DNA of 64,000 bases, taken from assembly GCA_963703225.1 (NCBI GenBank), contig OY969801.1:864001-928000 (forward strand). Direction: 5' to 3'. Both the position numbers and the translations under genes were made by a program. Source of the stretch: Candidatus Eiseniibacteriota bacterium (lineage in GTDB: Bacteria > Eisenbacteria > RBG-16-71-46 > SZUA-252). The notes under the pieces were generated by a model that was not told where the DNA came from, searched no databases, and saw only the letters and a list, made by a program, of their open reading frames with translations. Below are positions 1-10,537 of the stretch, one piece after another (the stretch's first letter is position 1; each line of letters begins with the position of its first letter).

Positions 1-715
1 ATGATGAATCCCATCGGCCCGGCCGCGTCGGAGAGAAGCAAGCGTGCCCCGTCGGCCCGGCCCCCATCGAAACTCGTCGTACCCGACGGCCCCGGTGACG
101 GCGCCGCCCCGCGCCGTCATCTCCGCGTGGAGCACGGCGGCCTCGACGTCGGTGTGCGCCGCGATCGGGTCGATGAACTCGCGATCGCTCGCGGATTCTG
201 GTGAAGGCGATGTCTTCATAGGCGCCAAACGCGGGCCAGAGCTGGAGCCCGGCGCGCACCCCCACCGCGGTCTCGTCGCGGAATCGGAAGTGGGCGCCGT
301 CCCGGGTTTCGTCGTAGTCCCCGCGGACGTGGGCGGCGCTCTGAATGCGGAACCGGCTTTCCTTGGGGCCCACATCGACCAGCGGGCCGGTCTCGTGGCG
401 ATCGGGCGGCTGCCCCAGGTCGCTCAGCTCTCGTGCGAACTCCCGCTCCAGGCGCTGATAGCTGAGGTTTTTCGGCAGGTCCTCGTGGAGCCGTCGGGCG
501 CGGAGCAGCGCGTGGGCGATGTCGACCCGGACCAGAGGTCGGGTGTAGATACGAAGGGAGTCGAGAAGGCCCCGGGCGACGAGCACTTCGATCTCGTCGT
601 AGGAAGCGCTCCCCACGGGCAGAAACTCCGCGGGCTCGGCCGCCGCCCCCGGCGCGACCCCCGCGCAGAGCAGCGCGGCCAGGACGATCGCTCGGATCGA
701 CACCCGGGTCGGCAT
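1..715 (-). CDS. Capsule assembly Wzi-family outer-membrane protein (5' part, runs off window; apparent frameshifts)
   Basis: Manual translation from ATG 715: signal peptide MPTRVSIRAIVLAALLCAGVAPGAAA, then EFLPVGSASYDEIEVLVARG...TRPL and, after frame changes, YDEFRWGPG..LLLSDAAGPM, matching the Wzi WGPG..LxLS motif. Not in the ORF track. Confidence 0.65.
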   Translation of the reverse strand, partial: MPTRVSIRAIVLAALLCAGVAPGAAAEPAEFLPVGSASYDEIEVLVARGLLDSLRIYTRPLVRVDIAHALLRARRLHEDLPKNLSYQRLEREFARELSDLGQPPDRHETGPLVDVGPKESRFRIQSAAHVRGDYDETRDGAHFRFRDETAVGVRAGLQLWPAFGAYEDIAFTRIRERSRVHRPDRGAHRRRGRRAPRGDDGAGRRRHRGRRVRRVSMGAGPTGHACFSPTRPGRWDSS

Positions 716-825
716 CACGAGAGAGTATCCGAAGGTGTGGCCGCGAGGCCACAGGGTGCCGCTGGGACCGCGGCGCCTTTGCGGCCGGCCGCCGCTAACT
801 CATTTGTTTTCAGCGATCTTTCCGG

Positions 826-841
826 TGGCACGACGGCTGCT
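826..841 (+). promoter_or_regulatory. Sigma54 (-24/-12) promoter
   Basis: TGGCACGACGGCTGCT = TGGCAC-N5-(C)TGCT, GG and GC separated by 10 nt; AT-rich IHF-like tract at 796-810 upstream; ATG 887 with GGAG RBS downstream. Confidence 0.7.
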
Positions 842-886
842 TTGTGGGTGACTGCCCAGTGCCACACTCAGCACCCGGAGGGAGTC

Positions 887-1630
887 ATGAAGCGTCTGGC
901 TTGCGGTTCGACCTGGATTTGCGCGCTGCTCCTGGCGCGCCCGCCCCCGCGGCGGCCGCGGAGGCGAGCACGGTGCTCCTGCGCGCGGGCTCGTTTGGCT
1001 CCGTCGGCGGCGCGGCCGATCCGACACCGCGCGCCCTACGATTACCATCGCCAGGCTCCCTACGGGTTTCTTCACCCTTGGAGGCGGCGTTTTCGAGCCG
1101 GTCCACCAGCCGGGAAACGGATTTTACGGCGTGATTACCGCCGGCACCGAGGTGGGAAAGGCGCTCGACCTGGGGCTCCAGTTCTCCTGGTACCACCGCG
1201 GCTCGGAAGGAGAGCAATTCGTTGGCTCCTACGTGGGGCCCGGCGGGAACGTCATCCAGCAGTCGATCCAGACGCAGTCGGTCAACACCGACCTCCTGCC
1301 CCTTATGGGCATCGTCCGTCTGAAATTTCCGATCACCACCGTGCTCCAGCCCTACGTCGGCGGAGGCGCCGGATTTGAGTGGCTCTTCATCGAGGGGGTC
1401 GACGGCGCCGGGTACCAGTTCAGCAACGACTACGGCGGCTTTGGCGCCCAGGCGATGGCGGGCGTGAATCTCGCGCGCAAGCCCCACGGTCGCTCTCTAC
1501 GGCGAGGCCGTCTACAACTGGACCACCGTCGAGGCCGACTTCTACGATCCCTTCTACGGCGTCGTGGTCCACGAATCGCTCAACTACGACGGGCTGGGCC
1601 TACCACGGGGGTCTCCGATTCCGGTTCTAG
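887..1630 (+). CDS. Outer-membrane beta-barrel protein (OmpW/OmpA-like 8-strand; several apparent frameshifts)
   Basis: Signal peptide MKRLACG..., amphipathic strands, LQPYVGGGAGF motif, C-terminal ...GGLRFRF (terminal Phe); stitched from ORFs 44, 844, 1131, 1379. Confidence 0.7.
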
Positions 1631-1659
1631 TTGTCTCCCAAACGTTTGTGCGCTAGTTT
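1631..1659 (+). promoter_or_regulatory. Putative sigma70 promoter
   Basis: TTGTCT-N17-TAGTTT upstream of AAGGAGG RBS and ATG 1733. Confidence 0.4.
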
Positions 1660-1732
1660 CCCGGCGAGCAGGGCCGGCCCGCGTCGGGCCGTAGGGGGTC
1701 TCGACCCAACGCCACCAAGGAGGGACTTCGCG

Positions 1733-2308
1733 ATGATTCGATCTGCGGTTCGTTTCACGACGCTGCTCGCGGCGGTCGGCGCTCCTCAGCGCCGGATCGC
1801 CCGCCTGGGCGCAGGATCACTCCGCGCAAGCGCAGAGCGACGTCGGACTCGGGGTCAAGGGGATCGGCGCGCGGATCGGCTACGTCGATCCGGAAGACGT
1901 GAGCGGCGCCGCCGTGCTCGGCCTCCACATGGACGCGGGGACCATCGTCAAGGGCGTCCACATGATGCCGTACATGGAGTACTGGAGCACGGGCGTCAAC
2001 GTCTCGGGCGTGAGCGCCGACATGAGCGACCTGGCGTTTGCGGTGGACGTGGACATGGATTTCCCGCTCCAGGGGAGCCGGATGACGCCATACTTGGGCG
2101 GCGGCTTGGGTCTTCACTTTCTCAGCGAGGACAGCAACGTTGGGACGCAGCTTCCGACGATACCAAGCTCGGGCTGAACATCCAGGGTGGAATCCGCAAT
2201 CAGGTCATGCCGAACATCTCACTCTTCGGCGAGGCCCGGTATGCGTTCGTTTCCGACGCGAGCCAACTCAAGTTTGTCGGCGGCTTTACGTACCAGTTCA
2301 TCTACTAG
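1733..2308 (+). CDS. Outer-membrane beta-barrel protein (apparent frameshifts)
   Basis: AAGGAGG RBS, signal peptide, TPYLGGGLGLH motif, LFGEARYAF, C-terminal FTYQFIY; stitched from ORFs 1631 and 1899. Confidence 0.75.
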   Translation: MIRSAVRFTTLLAAVGAPQRRIARLGAGSLRASAERRRTRGQGDRRADRLRRSGRRERRRRARPPHGRGDHRQGRPHDAVHGVLEHGRQRLGRERRHERPGVCGGRGHGFPAPGEPDDAILGRRLGSSLSQRGQQRWDAASDDTKLGLNIQGGIRNQVMPNISLFGEARYAFVSDASQLKFVGGFTYQFIY

Positions 2309-2356
2309 TTGGCGCGCGTCGCCCGCGGCGGGGCGCGTCCCGACTCAGGAGGACTT

Positions 2357-3179
2357 ATGAGAGCGATCCGCATCGCTGGAGCGCTGCTGCTCGTCTTGGT
2401 TTGGCGGCGGCGCTCTCGGCCTGTCAGAAGAAGTCGGACATCCGAGATCTCGTCGACGATGCCGGAGGAGAATCCCGCGACCGCGCAGGAAACCCCGACG
2501 CCCGGAGCCACCACGCCGGAAGCCGCGGTGCCGGTCGCGCCGGAGTCGAAGCCCGTCGCGAAGCCGACCGCGGCCAAGTCGGCCACGACCAAGTCCGGCG
2601 CGTCCAAGTCGTCGCCCGCGGTTCCCGCCGCCGAAACGCGCACCGTCTCGCTGCCCCCGGGCGCGGTGTTCGACGTGGAGTTGACCACCGCGGTCAGCAC
2701 GGCGACATCCAATCTCAGCGACAAGATCGAAGGGACGCTGCTCCAGCCGCTGAGCGCGCCCGACGGGTACGTCATCGCGAATCAAGGCGCCATGATCCGC
2801 GGAGAGATCGCCGAGCTCAAGCGCGCGAGCAAGTCGCAGGGCCGAAGAAGACCGCGCGACGGTGAAGCTCGTCTTCACGTCGATCGAGACCGTGGATGGC
2901 GAGAAGTCGCTCAATGCAACGGTGACGAATGCCGAGGGGATGACGGCCGGCGGGACGGGCAAGCGGGACGCGCTCGTCATCGGCGGCAGCGCCGCCGTCG
3001 GCGCGATCCTCGGCAAGATCATCGGGAAGGATACGAAGGGCGCCGTGATCGGAGCCTTTAGCGGCGCCGTTCTCGGAACCGGCGCGATGATGGCGTCGAA
3101 AGGACACGAGCTGGAGGTCCCGGCCGGAAGCAAGATCACGCTCCGGGCGGAAGAGCCGATCACCGTCGTCGCCAAGTAG
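2357..3179 (+). CDS. Lipoprotein with Pro/Ala/Lys linker, TrbI/VirB10-like beta domain and glycine-zipper (apparent frameshifts)
   Basis: AGGAGG RBS; lipobox LSAC; VSLPPGAVFDVELTTAVST domain; IGGSAAVGAILGKIIG..GAVIGA glycine zipper; VPAGSKITLR end. Confidence 0.65.
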
Positions 3180-3183
3180 CGCG

Positions 3184-3714
3184 GTGGGAGGTCAGGGGTT
3201 CGCGCTCTCGAACCCGTTCCTCGACATTGTTGTCCGCACCGCGGTCATCTACCTGATGCTTCTGGTGGGGCTCCGCCTCACGGGGAAGCGTCAGGTGGGG
3301 CAGTTCACCCCGTTCGATCTCCTGCTCCTCCTCCTCCTCGCCAACGCCGTCCAGAACGCGATGGTCGGCCCTGACACCACGGTCTACGGAGGCCTCATCG
3401 CCGCGGGGACCCTGTTCGCGTTGAACGGGGTCGTGGCCGCGATCTCGAGGAGGAGCCGCGGCGCCGCGAAGCTCGTGGAGGGAACGCCCACCCTGCTTAT
3501 CCGCCACGGCAACGTGCTGAAGGAGAATCTGGCCAAGGAAGGGGTCTCGGAGGAGGACCTGCTCCGGGCGCTCCGGGAGCACGGCGTCGAGGCGGTCTCG
3601 ATGGTGCGGAGCGCGATTCTGGAAGTGGACGGAACGATCAGCGTGCTGCGCGAGGACGAATTCCCCACCACGCCGCGCGCCCACCACCGCATCCGCTTCC
3701 GGCGGAATAACTGA
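3184..3714 (+). CDS. DUF421/YetF-family membrane protein
   Basis: LRLTGKRQVGQFTPFDL, EGTPTLLIRHG and AILEVDGTISV motifs. Confidence 0.9.
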   Translation: MGGQGFALSNPFLDIVVRTAVIYLMLLVGLRLTGKRQVGQFTPFDLLLLLLLANAVQNAMVGPDTTVYGGLIAAGTLFALNGVVAAISRRSRGAAKLVEGTPTLLIRHGNVLKENLAKEGVSEEDLLRALREHGVEAVSMVRSAILEVDGTISVLREDEFPTTPRAHHRIRFRRNN

Positions 3715-3758
3715 TCCGCCCGAGGTGGCCTTCCTCGGCCGGGTCGCGACGAAATTCC

Positions 3759-4679
3759 CTAGAGGATCCGCTTCCCCAAGAGACTCTGCGCCAGCTCCAC
3801 CGCGAGGATCCCGGTCATGTTTCGCGTGTCGAGAACCGGGTTGACCTCCACTAGGTCGAGCGCGACGACGTTCGCCCGCTCGCTCAGGATCTCCATCGCG
3901 AGGTGGGCCTCGCGGTAGGAAATCCCGCCCCAGAGGGCCGTTCCCACGCCGGGCGCATCTTCCGGGTCCACGACGTCGAGGTCGAAGGAGACGTGGATTC
4001 CCGCCGTCCCGTCGCCGGCGATCTGGATCGCCTCGTTCACCACGTCGCGCATGCCGCGCTCGTCCACGTCGCGGATGGTCGAGACCTTCGCCCCGCTCTT
4101 CTTCAAGATCTCGCGCTCGCCGGGATCCAGGTCGCGCACGCCGATCAGGACGGTGCGCCGCGGGTCGATCTTGGGAGACCGGCCCCCGAGACCCGCGAGG
4201 TCGGGGTCGCCGAGCCCCATCGAGATGGCGAGCGACATGCCGTGGATGTTCCCCGACGGCGTGGTCTCGGGCGTGTTCGAATCGCCGTGCGCGTCGAACC
4301 AGATCACGCCGATGGCGCCGCCCTGCCGGTGAACGTGGTTGCTCACGCCCGCCAGCGAGCCGATGGCGATCGAGTGGTCGCCCCCCAGGACCACCGGCAT
4401 CTTTCCCTCGCCCAGGCTCCGCTCCACCTCGCGCCGAAGCGCGTCGCAGGCCGCGAGAATCGCCCGCTTATACCGAAGCACCGGCGCGCCCACCTCCAAG
4501 GTCTCGGGGATCATCACGTCGATGTCTCCAAAATCGGTGACCGTGTGGCCCAAGGCTTCCAGGTGACGCTCCAGATCGGCGATGCGGATGGCCGACGGGC
4601 CCATGTCGACCCCGCGGCGACCCTGCCCAAGATCCACCGGGGCGCCGATGATCTCGATTTTTCGCGCGTGTGATTCCAT
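3759..4679 (-). CDS. rocF: Arginase
   Basis: GQGRRGVDMGPSAIR, LGGDHS, WFDAHGD, SGNIHGM, SFDLDVVDP, VEVNP motifs; start at ATG 4679. Confidence 0.95.
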   Translation of the reverse strand: MESHARKIEIIGAPVDLGQGRRGVDMGPSAIRIADLERHLEALGHTVTDFGDIDVMIPETLEVGAPVLRYKRAILAACDALRREVERSLGEGKMPVVLGGDHSIAIGSLAGVSNHVHRQGGAIGVIWFDAHGDSNTPETTPSGNIHGMSLAISMGLGDPDLAGLGGRSPKIDPRRTVLIGVRDLDPGEREILKKSGAKVSTIRDVDERGMRDVVNEAIQIAGDGTAGIHVSFDLDVVDPEDAPGVGTALWGGISYREAHLAMEILSERANVVALDLVEVNPVLDTRNMTGILAVELAQSLLGKRIL

Positions 4680-4713
4680 GAGGCGCGAGAGTCTACCAGA
4701 GGAGGGCAAGTTC

Positions 4714-4743
4714 TTGACACCCACGCCTGCCGGGGCGGATACT
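4714..4743 (+). promoter_or_regulatory. Putative sigma70 promoter for the M42 peptidase-aquaporin-oxidase run
   Basis: TTGACA-N18-GATACT. Confidence 0.45.
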
Positions 4744-4793
4744 GGCGCGCGTTTCCGCCCAAATCGCACGCACTCTTCGAGGAGCCCAACCGG

Positions 4794-5859
4794 ATGGACG
4801 CCACCTACACGCTGCTCAAGGAATTGACGGAGGGATTTGGCCCCCCGGGCCACGAGGACGAGATCGCCGGCCTGATGCGAAAGAATCTCAAGGGGCTGGG
4901 CGAAGTCTCGCAGGACGGGCTGGGAAGCATTATCTGCAAGAAAAAGGGCACCTCGGATGAGCCCCGGGTCATGGTCGCCGGCCACATGGACGAGGTCGGC
5001 TTCATGGTGAAGGGGATCACCCCGGAGGGCTTCATCAAGTTTCTCCCGATGGGAGGCTGGTGGGGCCACGTCGTTCTCGCCCAGAAGGTCATCATCCGCA
5101 CCAAGAAGGGCGACGTGCAGGGGGTGGTGGGATCCAAGCCGCCCCACGAGCTGCAGGAGGACGAGCGGAAGAAGGTCCTCGACATCAAGGACATGTTCAT
5201 CGACGTCGGCGCCACGACGTATTTCGACGTGAAGAAGAAGCTCGGCATCCGCGCCGGCGATCCGATCGTGCCGGACGCGCCGTTCTCGGTGATGGGCAAC
5301 GACCGGCTCTACCTCGCCAAGGCGCTGGACAACCGCGTCGGCTGCGCGCTGGTCGTCGACACGCTCCGGAAGCTGAAGCTCGCCAAGCACCCGAATACGT
5401 TCTACGGCGTGGCCACCACGATGGAAGAGGTGGGGCTCCGCGGCGCGCAGACCAGCGTCGCCTCGATCAAGCCGCACGTCGCGATCGCGGTGGACGTGGG
5501 GATCGCGCACGACACGCCCGGCTCGATTGGAGACGGCGACGAGAAGCTCGGCGCCGGCGTCGGGATCCTGGTCTACGACGCCTCGCTGATCCCCAACCGC
5601 AACGCTCCGCGACCTCGCGGTCGACGTCTGCGAGCGGAACAAGATCACCTACCACCTGGGAACGGTGGAGCGCGGCGGCACCGACGCAGGGCGCTTCCAC
5701 GTCTACGACACCGGCGTGCCGTCGTTGGTGATTTTCATCCCGACGCGATACATCCACAGCCATTCGACGATCATGGATCGGAAGGACTACGACCAGGCGG
5801 TGCGGCTATTGACCGAGCTGACGAAGCGGCTGGACAAGAAGACGGTGGCGACGTTCTAG
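4794..5859 (+). CDS. M42-family metallo-aminopeptidase (apparent frameshift near 5603)
   Basis: AGHMDEVG, KALDNRVG, EEVGLRGA, GGTDAG, PTRYIHS motifs across ORFs 4794 and 5665. Confidence 0.93.
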
Positions 5860-5898
5860 GTCTGCGGGCGCCGCTCGCGGCGAGACCAGGGAGGGCGG

Positions 5899-6567
5899 AT
5901 GAGCCAGGAGGCGAAGAAATTTTTGGCCGAGATGATCGGGACCTTCGCGCTCGTGTTTTTCGGCGCAGGAGCGATTCTCCAGCACCAGGCGACCCAAGCG
6001 GTGGGAATCACCGGCATCGCGGTGGCGCACGGGATGGCGATCCTGGTCGGCGTCTACGCGTTTGGCCACATCTCCGGCGGCCATTTCAATCCGTCGGTGA
6101 CGTTCGGAATGCTGGTGACAAAGCGAATTCGTTTCGGCGGTGCCATCTCGTACTGGATCGCGCAGCTGGCTGGCGCGTGCATCGGCGCGTGGGTGCTGTT
6201 GAGGGCGTATCACGGACCGACTGAAGCGGCCCTCGGCGCTCCGGCCATCGCCGCGGGCGTGAGCCCGATCGCGGCGATGTGCCTCGAAGGAATCATGGCC
6301 TTCATGCTCGTCATCGTGATCTTCGGCACCGCGGTCGATCCGCGCGCCCCCAAGGGGTTCGCAGGGCTCGCGATCGGTCTCACGCTGGTCGGAAACATAC
6401 TCGCGGGCGGATCCCTCACGGGCGCCTCGTTCAATCCGGCCCGCGCGTTCGGCCCGGCGCTTCTCGCGGGACACTGGCAGGACCAATGGGTGTACTGGGT
6501 CGGACCGATGCTGGGCGGCGCGATCGCCGCGCTCCTCTACGACCGGATGCTCCTCGAGCGCCACTGA
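5899..6567 (+). CDS. Aquaporin / MIP-family channel
   Basis: AEMIGTF, ISGGHFNPSVT and GASFNPARAFGPA (NPS/NPA motifs), WVYWVGP. Confidence 0.95.
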   Translation: MSQEAKKFLAEMIGTFALVFFGAGAILQHQATQAVGITGIAVAHGMAILVGVYAFGHISGGHFNPSVTFGMLVTKRIRFGGAISYWIAQLAGACIGAWVLLRAYHGPTEAALGAPAIAAGVSPIAAMCLEGIMAFMLVIVIFGTAVDPRAPKGFAGLAIGLTLVGNILAGGSLTGASFNPARAFGPALLAGHWQDQWVYWVGPMLGGAIAALLYDRMLLERH

Positions 6568-6591
6568 GGCGTCTCCCGGGCGGGGGAACTG

Positions 6592-9500
6592 ATGGACCCG
6601 CGTCCGAGCACCATCGAGCGTGATCTTGGCCCGCTCCTCCAAGGCGAGGTTCGGACCGACCCGATCACGCTCGCGCTATTTTCCACGGCGGCCTGCATTT
6701 TCCGGCGGAAACCGATCGGCGGTCGTCTCTCCGCGCGCGGCGGACGACGTGGCGCGGACGCTGCAGTACGCGCACGCCAACGGGATTCCGGTCACGCCCC
6801 GCGGCGGAGGATCGAGCCTGGCGGGGCAGGCCCTCGGCCCCGGCATCATCCTCGACTTCTCCACCCACATGCACCGCGTCCTGGAGATCGATCCGGCCCG
6901 CCGCTGGGTGCGCGTGGAGCCCGGCGCGATCCACACCCGCGTCCAGCGCGCGGTGGCCCCGCACGGGCTTAGGCTCGGTCCCGATCCCTCGAGCGGCGAC
7001 TTCTGCACGATCGGGGGAAACGTGGGGACGAACGCCGCCGGGGCGCACACGCTTCGCCACGGCGCGACCAAGGACCACGTGGCTGCGCTCTCGGTGGTCT
7101 TGCACGACGGGGCGACGGCGCGCTTCTCGGAAGAGGGCGCGGCGGGCGGCCCGACGTGGGAGCGGGCGGAGCGCGAGCTGACGGAGCTCCTCCGCCGCAG
7201 CGCCTCGACGTTCGTCCCCGAGCGGCCGAAGGCGAACAAGAACTCGGCCGGATTCGACCTCTGGGGCGCGTGGAATCCTGGCGATTCCATCTCCTCCATC
7301 GCGCCCCGCTTCGATCCGATTCGCCTCTTGGTGGGCTCGGAGGGAACGCTGGGCATTGTGACCGAGGTCACCATGCGCCTCGTGCCCAAGCCGCGGTCGA
7401 CCGCGGTGGCGCTCCTCTACTTCGCCGGGTGGATGGAGGCGAGCGAGGCGGTGCTCGAGGCCCGCCGTCTCGGCGCCTCCGCGGTGGAGGCGATGGACTA
7501 CACCTTCCTCGCCTTCGTCCGGGAGCACCGTCCCGACCTCCGCGACCTCGTTCCAGAGAAATTTGTGGCCGGAATCTTGGTCGAATTCGAGGGAGAGACC
7601 GACGAGGAAGCGCGGACGGGGCTCGCCGCCCTGGAGGAGTGGGTCGCGCCGCGGCGGGGGAAGGTCATCGACTACCGGGCCGCGCGCACGAACGACGAGC
7701 GCACCGCGCTCTGGGCCGTCCGACGCGCCGCGCTGCCTCTGGTCTACCGCGCGTCTCCCATCGAGAAGCCGATGAACTTCATCGACGACACCGCGGTCCC
7801 CGCGGAGCGGCTCGGCGACTACATCGAAGGACTGAGGGCCATCTTCGCCAAGCACCGGACCCGCTACGTGATTTTCGGGCACGCCGGGAATGGAAACGTC
7901 CACGTCATGCCGTTGATGGACCCGCACGAGGGCACCTTCGCGGCGCGGATGGCCTCGATGGCGGAGGAGGCATTCGAGCTGACCTGGCGGCTGGGTGGCA
8001 CCATCACCGGCGAGCACGGGGACGGCGTTCTTCGGGCGCCCTATCTACGGCGCCAGTACCCGAACTCCTACCCGGTCATGGAGGCGGTGAAGCGCATCCT
8101 CGATCCGGATGGAATCTTGAATCCGGGAAACGTGATTTCGGGCGAGACGACGTTCCCCGAGAAATACCTGAGGTTCACGAACACCTTCGTCCCGACAGGG
8201 ACGGTCTTCGACGAGCCCGACCACCGCGCGATGATCGAGCTCTGCCACGGCTGCGGCACCTGCCGCGACTATTGCCCGGTGGGGAGCACCACGCTGCGCG
8301 AGCCCCACACCGCGCGCGCGAAGTCGGTGCTGCTGCTCGAGGTGATTCGCGGAGAGCTTTCCCGGGATCTCTTGAAGGAGAAGCCGTTCAAGGAGGTCAT
8401 GGACTCCTGTTTCAACTGCAAGCTCTGCCTCACCGAGTGCCCAAGCCAGGTCGACATCCCCGGGCTCGCGATTGCGGCGCGGCGGGAGTTCGTGGAAGCG
8501 CGGGGGATGCCGCTCCGCAATTGGGTCTTGGGCCGCGCCGAGCGGGTGGGGAGCCTGGCCGGCGGCGCCCCTGGGCTCGCAGCCTTGGCGAATCTGGCGA
8601 TCGGAAATCCCATCGAGCGCGTCGCCCGGGAAACGCTCGGCGGCGTCGCGGGGCAGCTCGACCTTCCGCGGTTTCGTCGCTCGTTCGGGACCGGCGATCA
8701 GGGATCGAAGCGAGCCCTCGCGCTACCGCTCACCCCGGCGGCGCCGTCCGGTGCGTCGGCGGTGGGGGCCGAATCGCACGCGGGCCACGCCGCGCAGGGA
8801 GGGCAACCGCCGCACGGAGGTCACGCCGCGCAGGGCGGCCACGCGCGCCTCGGCCCCATTCCGCCGCGCGACGTCCCCATCACCAAGAAGGTGGCCTATT
8901 TCGCCGGCTGCTTCGCGCGCTTCCACGATCCCGAGGGAGAAGCGACAGGAACCGTGAAGGTGCTCGAAGCGAACGGGATCGAGGTTGTGGTGCCCGAGCA
9001 GCACTGCTGCGGCATCGCGCTCATCACGATGGGGGCCGAGCGCTCGGTGCGCGCCGACGCAGAGCGAAATCTGCGCGTCCTTCTTCCGCTGGTCGATCGC
9101 GGATATACCGTCGTGGCGAGCGCGCCGTCGTGCGGCCTGGCCCTGATCGAGGACTATCCGAGGATTTTGGGGACCGACGACGCGAGGCGACTGGCCGACC
9201 ACACGATTGACGTCCACCAGTACCTCTGGCGTCTCTACCAGAAGGGCGAGATGCGCACCGATTTCAAGCCGGTGCCGATCTCGGTCGTCTATCACAATGC
9301 CTGCCACTCGGTGGCGCAGGGGATCACCGAGGAGCCGATCCGACTCTTGAAGCTCGTTCCGGGCGTAGAGGTCCGGCCGATCGAGGACTCCTGCTGCGGG
9401 ATCGCGGGGACCTATGGCATGAAGGCCGAGAACTATGACCGCGCGATGGAGATCGGCGATAAACTCTTCCAGGAGATCGACCGAACCAAGGCCGAGGCGA

Positions 9501-9601
9501 TCCTCACCGGCTGCGGCACCTGCAACATCCAGATCGCGAACGGGGTGAAGCGGGAGGTCGTGCACACCATGACGATTCTCAGACGGGCGTACGGAGTTTG
9601 A
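6592..9601 (+). CDS. FAD-linked oxidase fused to Fe-S/CCG domains (GlcD-GlcF / YdiJ-like; apparent frameshift near 6718)
   Basis: PRGGGSSLAGQ, TIGGNVGTNAAG, GSEGTLG, GHAGNGNVH, TGEHGDG, two CxxCxxCxxxCP ferredoxin motifs, CCG motifs. Confidence 0.92.
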
Positions 9602-9644
9602 GACAGGCGCGCGGGCCAGTGGGGCGCTTCCAGAGGAGGATACC

Positions 9645-10118
9645 TTGTTGATCGGCGGGCTCGAGCTTCATCCTGCGATCGTTCACTTCCCGATCGCGCT
9701 GACCGTGGTGGGCGCGCTCGGCGCGATTGCCTACTCGATGCTCCGCAAGGACTGGCTTCGCTGGTTCGCGCCGATTCTCCTGTCGTTGGCGCTGCTCGGG
9801 GCCGCAGGCGCTTATTTCAGCGGCAAGTCGGCGGAGGACCGGGCCGAGGCGATCGGCGTGCCCGAAGCCGCCATCGACCAGCACGAGGAGACGGGCCTCT
9901 GGGCGCTGGGTTTGGTCGGCCTCGCCTGTCTCTTGAGCTGGGCGACCCATGTGCGGAAGCGGGGCGTTTGGATCTCCTCGATCGTCGCTGTCGCCGCGGC
10001 CGGCCTCGTGCTATGGAATGGGCACCTGGGCGGAAAGCTCGTCTTCGTCCACGGGGCAGGGCGGGTGCAGACGCCGCACTCGACCGGCACGCCCGCGGCG
10101 GAGCACGACACCGATTGA
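9645..10118 (+). CDS. DUF2231-family membrane protein
   Basis: LHPAIVHFPIAL start and GHLGGKLVFVHG end motifs. Confidence 0.85.
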   Translation: MLIGGLELHPAIVHFPIALTVVGALGAIAYSMLRKDWLRWFAPILLSLALLGAAGAYFSGKSAEDRAEAIGVPEAAIDQHEETGLWALGLVGLACLLSWATHVRKRGVWISSIVAVAAAGLVLWNGHLGGKLVFVHGAGRVQTPHSTGTPAAEHDTD

Positions 10119-10537
10119 GCAGCGAGATCGGTCCGCGAGACGGCACTGGTGATTCGGGGTGGCTACGCTACTCCGTCATTGCCGTCGCCGCCCTGACGAT
10201 CCTGATCGGCTTGGGCGCCCTGCTCGCGCCGAGATTGCTTCTCGGGTTGCTCGCGGCCGGCACGGACGGCGTGGGGCAATTTTTCCTAAGGGCCGTCGGA
10301 TTGCTTGTGCTCCTGTTCGGGGGGCTCCTGTCGCAGGCGCTCTTGAGTCCGGCGCACGGCCGCGTGATCTTGTTCTGGGCCGGCCTTGAGAAGCTCGGTT
10401 TCGCGGCGGCCATGACGGCCGGATACGCGACATCGACGTTCGGCCCATTCGCCATCGCGGTCGCCCTCGTCGACTTGGTGTCAGGGCTGATCGTTTTCGG
10501 CTACAGGCGAAGCCTCCGCGACGCCCCCGGCCGCTAG
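10115..10537 (+). CDS. Hypothetical 4-TM membrane protein
   Basis: TTG overlapping upstream stop; four hydrophobic segments in ORF 9968. Confidence 0.6.
   Translation: MSSEIGPRDGTGDSGWLRYSVIAVAALTILIGLGALLAPRLLLGLLAAGTDGVGQFFLRAVGLLVLLFGGLLSQALLSPAHGRVILFWAGLEKLGFAAAMTAGYATSTFGPFAIAVALVDLVSGLIVFGYRRSLRDAPGR

Noticed and set aside
5899..6567. NPS instead of NPA in the first aquaporin motif
   Set aside because: Common variant among bacterial MIP channels.
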